The translations under genes were made by a program, and so were the position numbers. A DNA stretch of 60,962 bases, filler included, from Basidiobolus ranarum (lineage: Eukaryota), in NCBI GenBank assembly GCA_040143965.1. It is 15 parts of 15 records of this genome, joined end to end, with 100 filler letters (N's around TTAATTAATTAA, not from the genome) between each part and the next. Parts side by side here need not be neighbours in the genome. Positions count along the whole stretch, not along the records: positions 12,243 to 16,220 come from JASJQH010009058.1; positions 16,321 to 20,298 come from JASJQH010009059.1; positions 20,399 to 24,373 come from JASJQH010009060.1; 12 more parts are not named here. One strand, written 5' to 3'. Shown here piece after piece: positions 12,830 to 24,473 of this stretch (position 1 is the stretch's first letter; each line of letters starts with the position of its first letter). The notes beneath the pieces are model-generated. The model saw only the letters and a program-made list of their open reading frames with translations, ran no database searches and was not told the origin of the DNA.

Positions 12830-15460
12830 CTCTCACTCAACTGGCTTCAACAAGCATTACCATGATATAGCAAATTGTTATATTTTTAAGATTCAAAGTA
12901 GTTTAGATCTGCTGATTTACCTTGCATAAATAGGTCATAGACCTGGCACTTGACTCCTGCTTACTTATGATTTAAATATAACACATGGCATTGATAGAGA
13001 TAGTCACAAAAGACAGAGTTGAATCTTGATATATAAAAGCAAAGAAATAGTAGACAAAGAGTACAAAGCTAGATAAACATCTGAGAATGCATTCTTCATT
13101 TGTTCCATCAGAATAGAGGTCCTGAATCAATGTTACACAGAGCAAGATTGCATCCAAGGGCCCTGAATAGTGATAATTAGATAAATATCATATAGATATA
13201 GCTTGATAAGATGGCAATCCTATATAAAGATGACCTTGATTAGTCTAGCGGCTGCCTGAAAGGGGAATGAGAGCATATTTCCATGGCCAAATTACATATA
13301 TTACTGCTCACTGTGCTGAACAATTCACCAAATATCACTGCACTCTTAGCCAAAATGTGGTATTGATGTTAAGTAGATCCTAATGGGCACTGGAAATCTC
13401 GGATGTGGATGCAGTCATATTCAGTGATCAAATAGTATCTTTAGAAATATCCGCAGTCAATAAGAATCTTGAGGATGCAGTACTTGAAATGCACTATATG
13501 TCTGCGGATATCTTAGGAGCTATATTTAAGCCCAGCAGTGCTTACAAAAAAATTCATTCAGTAAAATGTCTACACGGATCGTTCACTACGCCATTGATGC
13601 TGCACTTGTTTCTACGGTCCTAGCAGGAATTAAACATTCCACTGGTTTAACGTAAGTAGAGCTTCTATGAGTTTTTCGGAATTGGCACTTAGTGATTTGT
13701 TTGCTTCAGCTTAGCACTGGATAAAATCGAGAATACCACTGTCCGATCGACAATAGCAACATATCTGTCCATAGGAGACTATTGCTTTGATAAAGTTGTG
13801 GAAACCTTGAAAAGCTCTGGGTTCAGCAAAAAGGAGGATTGATTGAGTACCTCCTAACTCTCGGGACACGCAGAGCCTCATCAGATTCATCCAGAACAGC
13901 AAGGTAATGGTAGTTAGAGTTCACCTTTTTTTAAAGCAACTCTATGAAACTCAACAAACATAAATAAAAAATGGAATAAAGAACAATATGTGTAGCGTCT
14001 CCGTTTAACCCCTCACACAAGAACAAGGCTTCCTCCATCCATAGATATACAATGAGGCTAAATGTTTACACAATTGTGATTAAACCGAAGCCGACCAATT
14101 GGTCTCTTGTCAACAAAGAGCTATCTAATGGTGTAGAGCTTAATTGCTGTGTTGACCATCATCGGGGCCGCAATTGAAGTCGGTGCTATTGGATATATAC
14201 TTTAATCAAGTTTCTAGCCCCGAACCTAATCACGAATATATTGGAGTGAGATCACTTGTCTGCAGCAGTTTAGAGCTGGTCTAGGTGGTTGACATGACCA
14301 AAAAGCACAAGTACCGAGTTGCATTATATTGCTGGTCCATATATGGCAGCACGAAGTCTTGGTTTTCTATTTTGGACTCTTGCGCGCACAATACTATCCA
14401 ACCCACCTGACCGATGTGATTGGCCACCTCTGCGACTCAAGCATGTTATTCGAGCCTTTCTCTTTGTGTCCAAGCAAATGGGACTGGGACTGGCTTCAAT
14501 TATATCAATAAAACGCTGATTCTCGACAGATCAACTAAGCATACTCATCACGAGATACAGGTGAGCTGGCTCAACCGCTGATTGGCGAGGTGCTTTCTGG
14601 TGTATCAGATTTGACCCGCCAGGGCTTTGCCATTCGCTTGAGATTCCTTTTCTTAAGCTCAACCTCCATGCACACCTTGACATATCTCAGGCGTTGACAC
14701 ATACTTTACAGCTCACAGCTAATCAGCAGCGTGTTCCAGTCTGGGTAAAGATCACCTACTGCACACCATTAATATCAGATTACTGTGATCTCATTGTATT
14801 TCCTAACTCTTTGGTTTTGGAGACATCGGAATGCGAGGAAACTACTCAAAATACCAACCTTTGTACAAATCAGCATACATTTGGTTCGATCTTGGTTGGA
14901 TCCTATTTCATCGATCCCTTTCACAGCATATCTCTGTCGATACCTCTTAAGTCCTCTCTTTTCCCTATTATGATCTGTAGTCTTTCAGATTTGCGCCCCT
15001 ATCTTCACGATTGACTATATCCATACTATCCTCTCTGGCTTCCACTATTTGTGCACCTCATTCAGTTCCTCCATTCTTAACTCGAAACCGAGTAACCTTG
15101 TAAGAATTGGTTTATCATATACTGCCTTGATTTTTTACAGCCAGTGCAGAAGCCTTGCTATCGCTTTGGTGACTGTCATTCCGTTATTATACTTTATTAA
15201 TGATTACTCTTCTTAGCCCTGGAAGCTAATCGGAGATTTTTCGAATCTTTTTAAAGTGTGTTAGTGCTAATAGCTTTGTTTCTTTTTTCAAAAGCACCTA
15301 AAGAAACAAGAGTAATTTGAAGTTTATCACACCGGTTCCATCGTCAACTCGGAAATATATACACGTGATATATATTTGTTGACTTGTCATCACTTGGATC
15401 TATTTTCAACTTGCTCTTCATTCCTAGCAGGATACAGAGCAGTCTGTAACTGCCAAATCC

Positions 15461-16180
15461 TTGCTTGTCTCCAATTCTATCCCGCCTATTTTGTCCAATT
15501 TATTATTCAAAGTGGGGGCAACTTGTTCCGTCTGTGCTAATGATCACGACCGCTCCAAGCGGTCGTATGGGAAACGTAAAGAGTTTGACTCTCGATACCG
15601 GAACTTAAGTCACAGTGATTCAGCGCTGAATCAAACTTATCCTGGTTCAGGAGACAGAGATAATGGACCTTCTTTGTCTCGACATTTTAGCCGCTCTAAG
15701 AGGCATATCAATAAACCACGGAAAACTCTATTCCCTAACGGAGTAATTCAAAACATTGGACGACCAACCGATATAGAGCACGGTGTTCATATGGAATTTA
15801 ATCCAGACAGCGGAAAGTTTATGGTACGTCTTCTTAATACGAGTTTATGCTATTTATCAAGGCTTTCCACTTACTCCACCACTCACAATTCGTAATTAAG
15901 GGTGTCCCTGATGTATGGCATAAAACCATTCCGAGTGATGACCTGCTCAATACCAAGTACATACATCCTTCTTTAGTTCCGCCATTACCACAGCCCCAGC
16001 TACCGCAAAACCACACTCAGAAAGCCTCTGTAAATATAACTCCTATAGGTAAGCCACTTAATGAAATATATATTTTTCCAACCTGAAGGTACTAATTATC
16101 GTCCTCCAGAACTTGGATTAATCAGCCACCCCTTTAACGTTAAGCATAAGCTACATATTGATGCCAATAATCCTGGCGAG
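15461..16180 (+). CDS. N-terminal exons of a CRIB (p21-binding) domain protein, probably a PAK/Ste20-family kinase; start uncertain, 3' end missing
   Basis: IGRPTDIEHGVHMEFNPDSGKFM|GVPDVW and, after intron 16049-16088, ISHPFNVKHKLHI. The kinase domain is not in the contig. Confidence 0.7.
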
Positions 16181-16799
16181 GTAATCGAGCGAGTGTTGTT
16201 AGTTTCGTTGTTTTTTATGCNNNNNNNNNNNNNNNNNNNNNNNNNNNNNNNNNNNNNNNNNNNNTTAATTAATTAANNNNNNNNNNNNNNNNNNNNNNNN
16301 NNNNNNNNNNNNNNNNNNNNATATTTTGAATGGCATGCAGACTAGCAATTTATTGCTTAATCCAACACTTGTTAGTGATGATGTCTCTGCTGATCAGACT
16401 CACAATGAGGAAGAAATTGGGAGCAATAGGTATGACAAACAAAGGATTAACTAAGTAGATATATCAATATCTGGATGTAGTGATCCACACTCATATGAGC
16501 CAGTCATTGCACATAATTGTTCCAATGAACCCAGTTTAGTTGAATAAGAAGAAGATAGTCATAATGATAATGATGAAACAAGAACTGCATTTAAGAGGCC
16601 AAGTACAAGTTAAGTATAAAAATTATGAAGCATATCACGCAAAACTCATCTTATCAGGCTTGTATTGGTTTTGCTGTACCATCATAGACGGTTAAGTAAG
16701 TAGAGTTCTACTAACAAGAGATTACATATTTGAAAATTTCTCTTAGCTATTCAATTTCAGCTGTGTCCTATTATGAGTTATGCACACAGATTGGACTGC

Positions 16800-17400
16800 T
16801 TATGATAACATTAGCTGAGATATCTGGACAAGGTTATTCATGCATGGCAGTTCTGCCCTTGATGAAGTGCATCATCATGTTTGGTGGCTTCTCACATGAG
16901 CATTTACAGCAGAGGAATTTAAAAATTGACTGGAGAATAGGAAGACCAAAATATTATCTACAGCAATTTGCTACCTATAGTAATATTGGTTGTTAAATGC
17001 AAGCAATCCCCATCTTTCCTGTAAATGCAATCCAATTGCCAATTGGTGAAACAGTTGTGCTGCCAATGATGAATGTCTATCTGTATTTGGTGAATTTTAT
17101 CTCACTACCCTTGAAAATGTAGATCCTAGTGTTATTCAGGTGATGGAATTTCAAGATAACCACAGCAAATGCACTGTTACTACCATCCAGACAAGTGGAT
17201 TTTTGGGACATCAACTAAATATGCGATCTGCCCATAGTTGGTCAACACTCACTCATGCCTATGACCAATTATTTCTTCTTGGAGGATATCAATCTCAGCA
17301 GAACTCTACAGAAGAGAATATGCTTAAGTAATTTTATTGTTTTAACTTGATGTCATATACTTGGGAGAAACTCTTTATCCACTCCAAAATTTGCACCTTA
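16800..17400 (+). pseudogene. Degenerate Kelch-repeat region
   Basis: CIIMFGGF and RSAHSWS...DQLFLLGGY...*FYCFNLMSYTWEKL fit Kelch blades (GG, aromatic, W spacing); interrupted by stops. Confidence 0.6.
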
Positions 17401-17599
17401 GCCACAACATTTACAGGGTTGGTGAATCAGTTTGGTAATTCAATTTAATATGAATAAGATGCCTATACTAGCTTTATTTACAATGCTGACAGCCAAATGT
17501 GGGTTTATCCTCCTATTTGAAGCACAACATCTTAGCACACAGCAGCTTTTGGGGCAAATTACCAATGAGATTGGGTTTACAGCAAATAATTTTTCATCA

Positions 17600-18807
17600 C
17601 AGAGAATTCCACTCAGATATTTATCCAATTTGAAGGTGCAACTGAAAGATCATCAGAAAGTAGGAGTATTATGGCTTAAACGGACCAAAGCATGCCATCA
17701 TAAAGTGTTGTTAGCTGATGCAATGGGATTAGGAAAAACAACACAAGTGTTAAGTCTGATATTAGAAACACCAGAATTGCATCCCAATTTAATTGTGGTT
17801 CCACCCAGTTTAATCCTCAATAAGATGGAGGAGATTATGGAAGAAATCAACATCACTCAAGATAAAATTCACATATTTCATAGGCAATACTGTGCTATGT
17901 GACCAGATATCTGGAACAAAAGTGGATAGTTGTCACCACTTATGGAACATTGAGTATTGAAGCAATTGATGGTCACTTGCCTCTTTGGCATATTAAGTTC
18001 CAGCATATTATAGCTGACAAAGCAGATGTTCTAAAAAACTCCATTGGCTTGAGTTTAAATAGCATTATAAAATTTTACACTTGCAAAATGCTACTTATTA
18101 CTGCTACCCCATTTCAAAACAACTTTATCAATTTGTGCTTATATTTCTGTTTGTAGAAAGTTTACCAAGCAACACAAAGAAACTTCAAACAAATAATAAT
18201 ATAGGAAAAGAATGCCAACAGACTTGCAGAATGGGTGACTCAAAATATTGGTCACCTTGTATTGCCCCATGAAAAATATGGGGATGAATACCAGGGGAAA
18301 ACCAGAGAAAACACAAATATAGAGGTAGGAATACCATAAGAAAATAAAAGGAAAAAAAGACTGGTAGGGAAACCATAAGAAGATTGTTGCAATACCAGCA
18401 TAATACCATTATAAAACAGTAAGAAAATAGTATAAAATGCAAATCTAAATTTTTTTTGTTAGGGATTGTGGCACCTGCCAGAATCAAGGCTTATGGGTGA
18501 GAAAATCATTGAAATACCCCTCATTAGGCAACATATTACAGTATGCCACTTTAATGATGAAGAGCGGGCTTTATGTAATCAACTGGTGTTAGATTTACCA
18601 ATGGATATTGGACCAATGGGTGCGACAACTTACTTGCGTTTATTTGCATGTCATCCGTTCATGTATTCTTGGAGTATGGAGAAAAACGCTGTCCAACAGG
18701 AGTTTTTTGAGGCTGAAGGATCCGATAACAATCAAGAGCAGGATACAAATGTTTCAGGCATTGTTAGGGGGGGATCAAATGCACCACATAGTGTGGACTT
18801 TATTTAG
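17600..18807 (+). pseudogene. Degenerate SNF2-family ATPase N-terminal domain
   Basis: LKDHQKVGVLWL, LLADAMGLGKT (motif I), LIVVPPSLI (Ia), IVVTTY, IIADKAD (decayed DEAH), ITATPFQNN (III) and LRLFACHP, broken by frameshifts. Confidence 0.85.
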
Positions 18808-20398
18808 GGTATAGATGTTCTGGTAAGGGTAAGGATGAACAGAGGGGGTTTGGGGGATGCAATCCCCCAGGTACACCCTTCTATCACAACATACTCAAGT
18901 CACCAATATTTGGGAAGAATTGGGCTTGCCCAAATTTTCCAAAGGTCAGTTCTCTGACCTTTGACACCCCTGAGGAAGAGACACTGCTTCAAACATTATA
19001 ACACAGCCTATTCTAGCTTTCATGAATTTAGAGAAATTTCTCAGAGATTGAATATTTTGTTAATTTGCACATCTCTGGGAAACCAAAGTGCAAATGTTTT
19101 CCTTCAGACTCTGAAAGCTTTTAAGTGTTTTGATTTTACCATAAGTAGGCTGGCTGCTTGTTAGCTTAATAATTCACAGTTTACTTATTGAGAAAATCCT
19201 TTATGTACTATTAAGGGTAACAAGGAAATTTGATTAACTTTATGAATTAGTATTATTTGCAAGAACTTTGTGAAGTTTACAAGATTAAACAAAGAAAAAA
19301 GTATATATTGGAGATGTCTTAATCATATTACAATTCTAGAAATATTGAAAGTGTTGATAAAAAGCTTTCTACTCATGTTTTACAAATATTGACATATCAC
19401 TAGCACAAGCTCCATACATGTTTATTTCTATACAAAACAACAAAATATTTATTAAAATAAACTTTTGGGCTATATAGCCTGCACAACACAAAGGTGCTAC
19501 AAATTTAACAGGCTGTATAAAATGCAATGTATTTGTAAATAAGGTATTCTAAGCAGTATAAATAAAAGCAACATTCACACAGAACTTTTATAATTTCAAA
19601 AACATACTAACTTTTGAGCTGCATAGTACTGGAAACATGCCTTTATGCATTGCCCCTGATTTTATATGGGCTATGTTGGTGGTACAAATACTTCTCATCC
19701 CTTGACATGCACTACAAACATGAGTCTCTCTTTAAAAATATACAAACTTTTTGCATGCATATAACACATACCCTGTGATGATATGTCACTTTTGACTTTA
19801 TTGGACTTACAAGACTATACATCTCTCAACATGCACTATAAATGTGAGCCACTTTTTTATAAAAATCTATTTACTTTTAGCATTTTATTACAGATACTAT
19901 GTCTTTATTTTTAATTCTGATTATGAAGGAGTAAAGAAGATCATAAATTATTAAATGCACACCAAAAATATGATCAACTTTTTAAAAACTGTATTTCTTT
20001 GGCTTGCATAATACAATGACCATGTTGTAATCTTGCTCTTCATGTGATGTTCTCAAACCTGAAAATATTTGAAGTTACCAAATTTCCATATTCACTTTGA
20101 TAGGTTGGCACATGTAACAACTAATGATTAACATGGTGATTACAGACAAGCCACAGCATATTTCAATTACTCCAGAGAAATACAATAGCTATACTTTATC
20201 ATTACAGGTGGAATGTCAAGATTTACAAAGTATACTATTGATGAAAGATGAGAGTAAAGATCATGGCTAGGTATGATAGCTGATATGATGAAGCATGCNN
20301 NNNNNNNNNNNNNNNNNNNNNNNNNNNNNNNNNNNNNNNNNNTTAATTAATTAANNNNNNNNNNNNNNNNNNNNNNNNNNNNNNNNNNNNNNNNNNNN

Positions 20399-20548
20399 CT
20401 ATTCATACTAAAAGGCGTAGTTTTATATGCTAAGCAACTATTCATACTAAAAGGCGTAGTTTTATATGCTAAGCAACTATTCATACTAAAAGGCGTAGTT
20501 TTATATGCTAAGCAACTATTCATACTAAAAGGCGTAGTTTTATATGCT
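20399..20548 (+). repeat. 39-bp perfect tandem repeat, about 3.8 copies, running off the contig start
   Basis: Unit CTATTCATACTAAAAGGCGTAGTTTTATATGCTAAGCAA, head to tail with no spacers. Confidence 0.95.
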
Positions 20549-20687
20549 TTCTCTGGTGCTGTATACTAATTATTCTCTGTTGTGCGAGGTATATAGAAAC
20601 TTCGAATGATTGCAAATCAAACCAACAGGAAGTTTCGGAGCTATTTGCTTCCGGCTTTTTGCATTAGGTTTTATATATGTAAAGCAG

Positions 20688-21194
20688 ATCACAATCGTTG
20701 TAGGTGGATTAGATGATGACCAAGCTATTTTGGGTGCTTTGGATGGTGTTGATGCGGTGATCTCTGCCTTGGGTCCAATATTTCAACATCCACCTGGGCT
20801 GCCTATTCTTAACGGATACAAGAATATTATCAAATGTATGGAGCAAAAGGACGTCAAGCGTCTTATTGCTTTATCCACCACAAGCTTTCCTGATAAACAA
20901 AACGACAAATTCTCTTTTATTTCTTCATTATTGATCACTGGTATCAAATGCTTCCAGAATCAAGCTTATCAAGAGATCGTTGGATCTGGAGAGGCTATTA
21001 CAACTTCAAACCTTGACTGGACTATATTCAGAGTTTATTTATTGACTAATAGCACGGCTGACACAAATTGGAAAGCAGGACATGTTGGTACCCACGGTCT
21101 CTTCATCTCTAGAAAAGACATTGCCAAATTTTGTATTGACGAAGTTGAGAACAATGAATTTGCTAAAAAAATGCCAGTTATATATTCCGAATAA
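20688..21194 (+). CDS. NAD(P)-binding atypical SDR / flavin reductase (BVR-B-like), last exon
   Basis: ITIVVGGLDD...ALDGVDAVISALGP...VKRLIALST...SNLDWTIFR...ISRKDIAKF. Probable acceptor CAG at 20685-20687; the N-terminal nucleotide-binding exon was not identified. Confidence 0.8.
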   Translation: MTIVVGGLDDDQAILGALDGVDAVISALGPIFQHPPGLPILNGYKNIIKCMEQKDVKRLIALSTTSFPDKQNDKFSFISSLLITGIKCFQNQAYQEIVGSGEAITTSNLDWTIFRVYLLTNSTADTNWKAGHVGTHGLFISRKDIAKFCIDEVENNEFAKKMPVIYSE

Positions 21195-21402
21195 AATCAA
21201 CATATTTGAAATGCCTGATTAATTTGGAATTCATCATGTATATACTATGTGATGTGTATTGTTGGAATTGAAAAAGCTGTACCTACTGGGTTTGCAGTCA
21301 GGGTGCCAGAGTAAGTATTATGTGTCATTGTATACTGCTTGTCAGAGAATATAGCTGCATAATTGGAAGGCTTTCTCTTTGGGCTAGGGTTAGGGAGATG
21401 AT

Positions 21403-21715
21403 TGTTAAAGTATTTTGGGAGTTTGTTGGAAGTGGTTTGGAGAACTAGAGGAAGTGGTGGATATCACTTATTGAGTAGTAAGTTGACATTTATAGTTTTA
21501 GCAAGAGATAAACAAGCAAACGTGTAGAATGTGTTAAGGAAGGTCCCAGGAACATGTGTGCAATGTTTGGGGCTTCTTTGAAAAATCTATATATCTTCAA
21601 GTTTCTAAGTAAATTCCTCCTAAGAATAGTGGGTGATATCGTAGTTCAATATAGGATAACTAAATACTAAGTTATATATGACTATAAAGGTGTTTAGGCA
21701 ATGTTACTTTCAACA
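21403..21715 (-). mobile_element. LTR family A copy, 313 bp
   Basis: TGTTAAAG...TTTCAACA termini, homologous to 12482-12829. No matching 5-bp TSD. Confidence 0.88.
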
Positions 21716-22249
21716 GTTTGATCCAAGTCTTTGTACTTGAGTTGGAGATTGGGAAAAACAGTGACTGACATGTGTTTCTGGGATGTTCAGAAAGTTGCGG
21801 CTAAGGTTTGGTATATGCATAGAAAAATGGGCAATTTAGCGGTATGAACTCAAAATTACTGAGATCCTACCTACATGTTAGACATGGATATTTATTATTT
21901 TCTTGTTGAAATCAGTAATCTAAGAACAAACATTAAATGAATATCAGATTTGGGGTTGAGTTTGTTAATATCTTGGTATATATTCATGATACACAAAGAG
22001 TGCTCATTGAAGTGTCTTATTCTATTTTGCTATATATCTCATAGCTATAGCATACCGATTGAGGTTCAATAACACTGATAGCAAATCATACAGATCAATA
22101 TACGCACTCTGCAATATTAAAACTTGACTGTGTAAGCACTAAATTGAGCAAACAATGATATTCTCTGATACACTGTGAGCGTGCAAATTGCTCAAATACT
22201 AAAGTTTATTTTGCAATATATGTGGGAAGTATTGGTTTTGCTATTTCAC

Positions 22250-22738
22250 TTACTGTTCAATAGAGGGATTGCTCTGCTCTGACTGTTCAATAGAGAGATT
22301 GCTCTGCTCTGACTGTATCGGTTCAGTTTGAGTGTAAGGTAACACTTGGCCAAACTGCTCTTGTCCAAATACAGGATTAAATGCGTGGTCACCACTGCGC
22401 TTCTTGGCATATACTGAAGCAGTTTGCTCTCCTTCAATTTCAGCGCTGGGTCCATCCTGGTATTTAACCCTAGCGGATTTCTTATTGCTAGCTTTGGCAG
22501 TATTGAGATTATCGTGCTTACGGGTAGTGGTGACAAATTTCTGTCTTAGTATTGGGACACTAACGGCCGGTACTACTCGCGTTTGACTACAAAGATATCC
22601 TTGTTGGATACATGGACTACCCACATAGTGACCATACACCTGTGGGCTATATTGGTGAGGATAATAACTGACTGGAACACCCAAGGCGCCTTGGAAGAGA
22701 ACGCCACAAGAGGCAAGTACGGTGATGAATAGTTGCAT
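22250..22738 (-). CDS. Small secreted protein (162 aa) of unknown function
   Basis: Signal-peptide-like MQLFITVLASCGVLFQGALG-VP, a KKR dibasic site, a C-terminal 10-aa repeat, and TATATATA about 60 nt upstream. Confidence 0.65.
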   Translation of the reverse strand: MQLFITVLASCGVLFQGALGVPVSYYPHQYSPQVYGHYVGSPCIQQGYLCSQTRVVPAVSVPILRQKFVTTTRKHDNLNTAKASNKKSARVKYQDGPSAEIEGEQTASVYAKKRSGDHAFNPVFGQEQFGQVLPYTQTEPIQSEQSNLSIEQSEQSNPSIEQ

Positions 22739-24169
22739 AGTAGGTAGATGTTTACGTAGCTAAGGCTGGTTACTTGATAGTAAGGATACAAAGGCGATAT
22801 ATATACTAGGATACCAGTCAGAGCTTATTTCATGCAACTAGGTAAAAAAGTATAATATGCTCAGGAAGTAAAATATACCGTATAATGTGATTGATGTACA
22901 TTGTCACTAATATATCCATATTAACTTCGACTATTTAGCCTAATAATATTAGCTTTTGTCACTAAATGCTAGTAGTAGTTCAAATCAGCAGTAGTTGTTC
23001 AAATCTTATTCAAAAGAAAATATCTATACTACGTCTAGCGAGACCAAAAGTTTGCACACGTGTGATGCTGGGGATGCTTTTGTTCAATGGTCTTTAAAAG
23101 TATATACGGTCATGATTATCTACTACTAATATTTCTACTACTACTACTAATATTTCTACTACTAATATTGCATAACCTTTAGTTTCTGAGGGAACCAATT
23201 CCATCCGTTAAGTTGGATGTTCGATGGCTTCAAATCATTAATACTAGCGTTCCAGATACTCAAGAATGATGCCTAACTATGCCAACGATGAAGCAGTCTT
23301 ACTTGTCAAACAATAAATTTATTCTTTATCTATCTGGGTATAACTAGTGGTAGATTCTATTCTTTATCTATCTGGGTATAGCTAATGGTAGATTCTGTCG
23401 TAGGTTTCAGGCTTATTAACACATTAACTATCTTTATCTACTGTTTGGGGATATTGCAGTTTAGTAAACGTTCACTAATGACCATATTCTCCCTACTTCA
23501 GGCAGTTCCTAGAACACTGTGCATGATGATGTCGGTTTTATTAGTAAATATGATTTGTTTGATGTTGTGATGGCTAATACGGACTAATCCTAGCAATGGT
23601 CAATAGCTTGCTTAGTAATATCATCATCCAAGTCTCAATATGTTCAAATAGTAGTTCTTTGACAAAGTTCTCTACCCTAATGCTGACATTCTCATCTCAG
23701 CATACCCAACATAATAATGATGCCATGCCTAAGAATATGAGTTCATGAGTGATATGTACACTATATCTGTCTTTTAGTTGCGAAATTGAAATGTTACGTA
23801 ATCTCTTTCATTAAAGTGTTATATATATCTCTACAGGTAACGATATGCTTTATATTGATTTTGCTGAAAGGTTCTATTTCCTATGGCAAACTCCTATGTC
23901 AACCCTTTATAGACTTAGAAGAGTCATTTGTTCGGTGGTACTGACACATATCGATCTATACTGATCACCGGTAACTATGAAATATACAGTGTTTTGCATT
24001 GATCAAAACACAACATGGCGACGTTTCTATGTCCTCGATGTTCCAAGACATCGTATTACCAAAATAAAAGTAGTATTGTTTGGCAAAATTTCAATTTATT
24101 TGCTACTGTTCTCTAAGGGACAACTCTGGGTATAGCTAATGGTAAATTTAGTGTAAAAGAAGAAGTTGC

Positions 24170-24373
24170 TTAATATTTGTTATAGTTCTGGTTTCCGCCA
24201 TGACCGCCACCGTATTTCTTGCCATGTCCATCGTAATCATCTCCACCGCCTCCGTACTTCTTCCCTCTACCTCCTCCATGCTTGTAATCGTCTCCATCAC
24301 CATTACCGTCATAGTCATCATCATAATCATCGCCACCACCACCACCACTACCGCCATATTTTTTTCATCGTCC
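24170..24373 (-). CDS. C-terminus of a Gly/Tyr/Asp/Lys-rich repeat protein (KKYGG motifs); not in the ORF track
   Basis: Reads KKYGGSGGGGDDYDDDYDGNGDGDDYKHGGGRGKKYGGGGDDYDGHGKKYGGGHGGNQNYNKY*, with synonymous codon variation between repeats. Confidence 0.7.
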
Positions 24374-24473
24374 NNNNNNNNNNNNNNNNNNNNNNNNNNN
24401 NNNNNNNNNNNNNNNNNTTAATTAATTAANNNNNNNNNNNNNNNNNNNNNNNNNNNNNNNNNNNNNNNNNNNN

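Noticed and set aside
12830-13920. Possible ABC-transporter pseudogene on the minus strand (KILID...DISK)
   Set aside because: One weak motif, no Walker A or signature.
20399-20548. CRISPR-like array
   Set aside because: Units are contiguous with no spacers, and the context is eukaryotic.
24148-24429. Poly-His and poly-Val/Thr ORFs in the track
   Set aside because: Alternate frames of the Gly/Asp/Tyr repeat sequence; the KKYGG frame best explains the codon variation.
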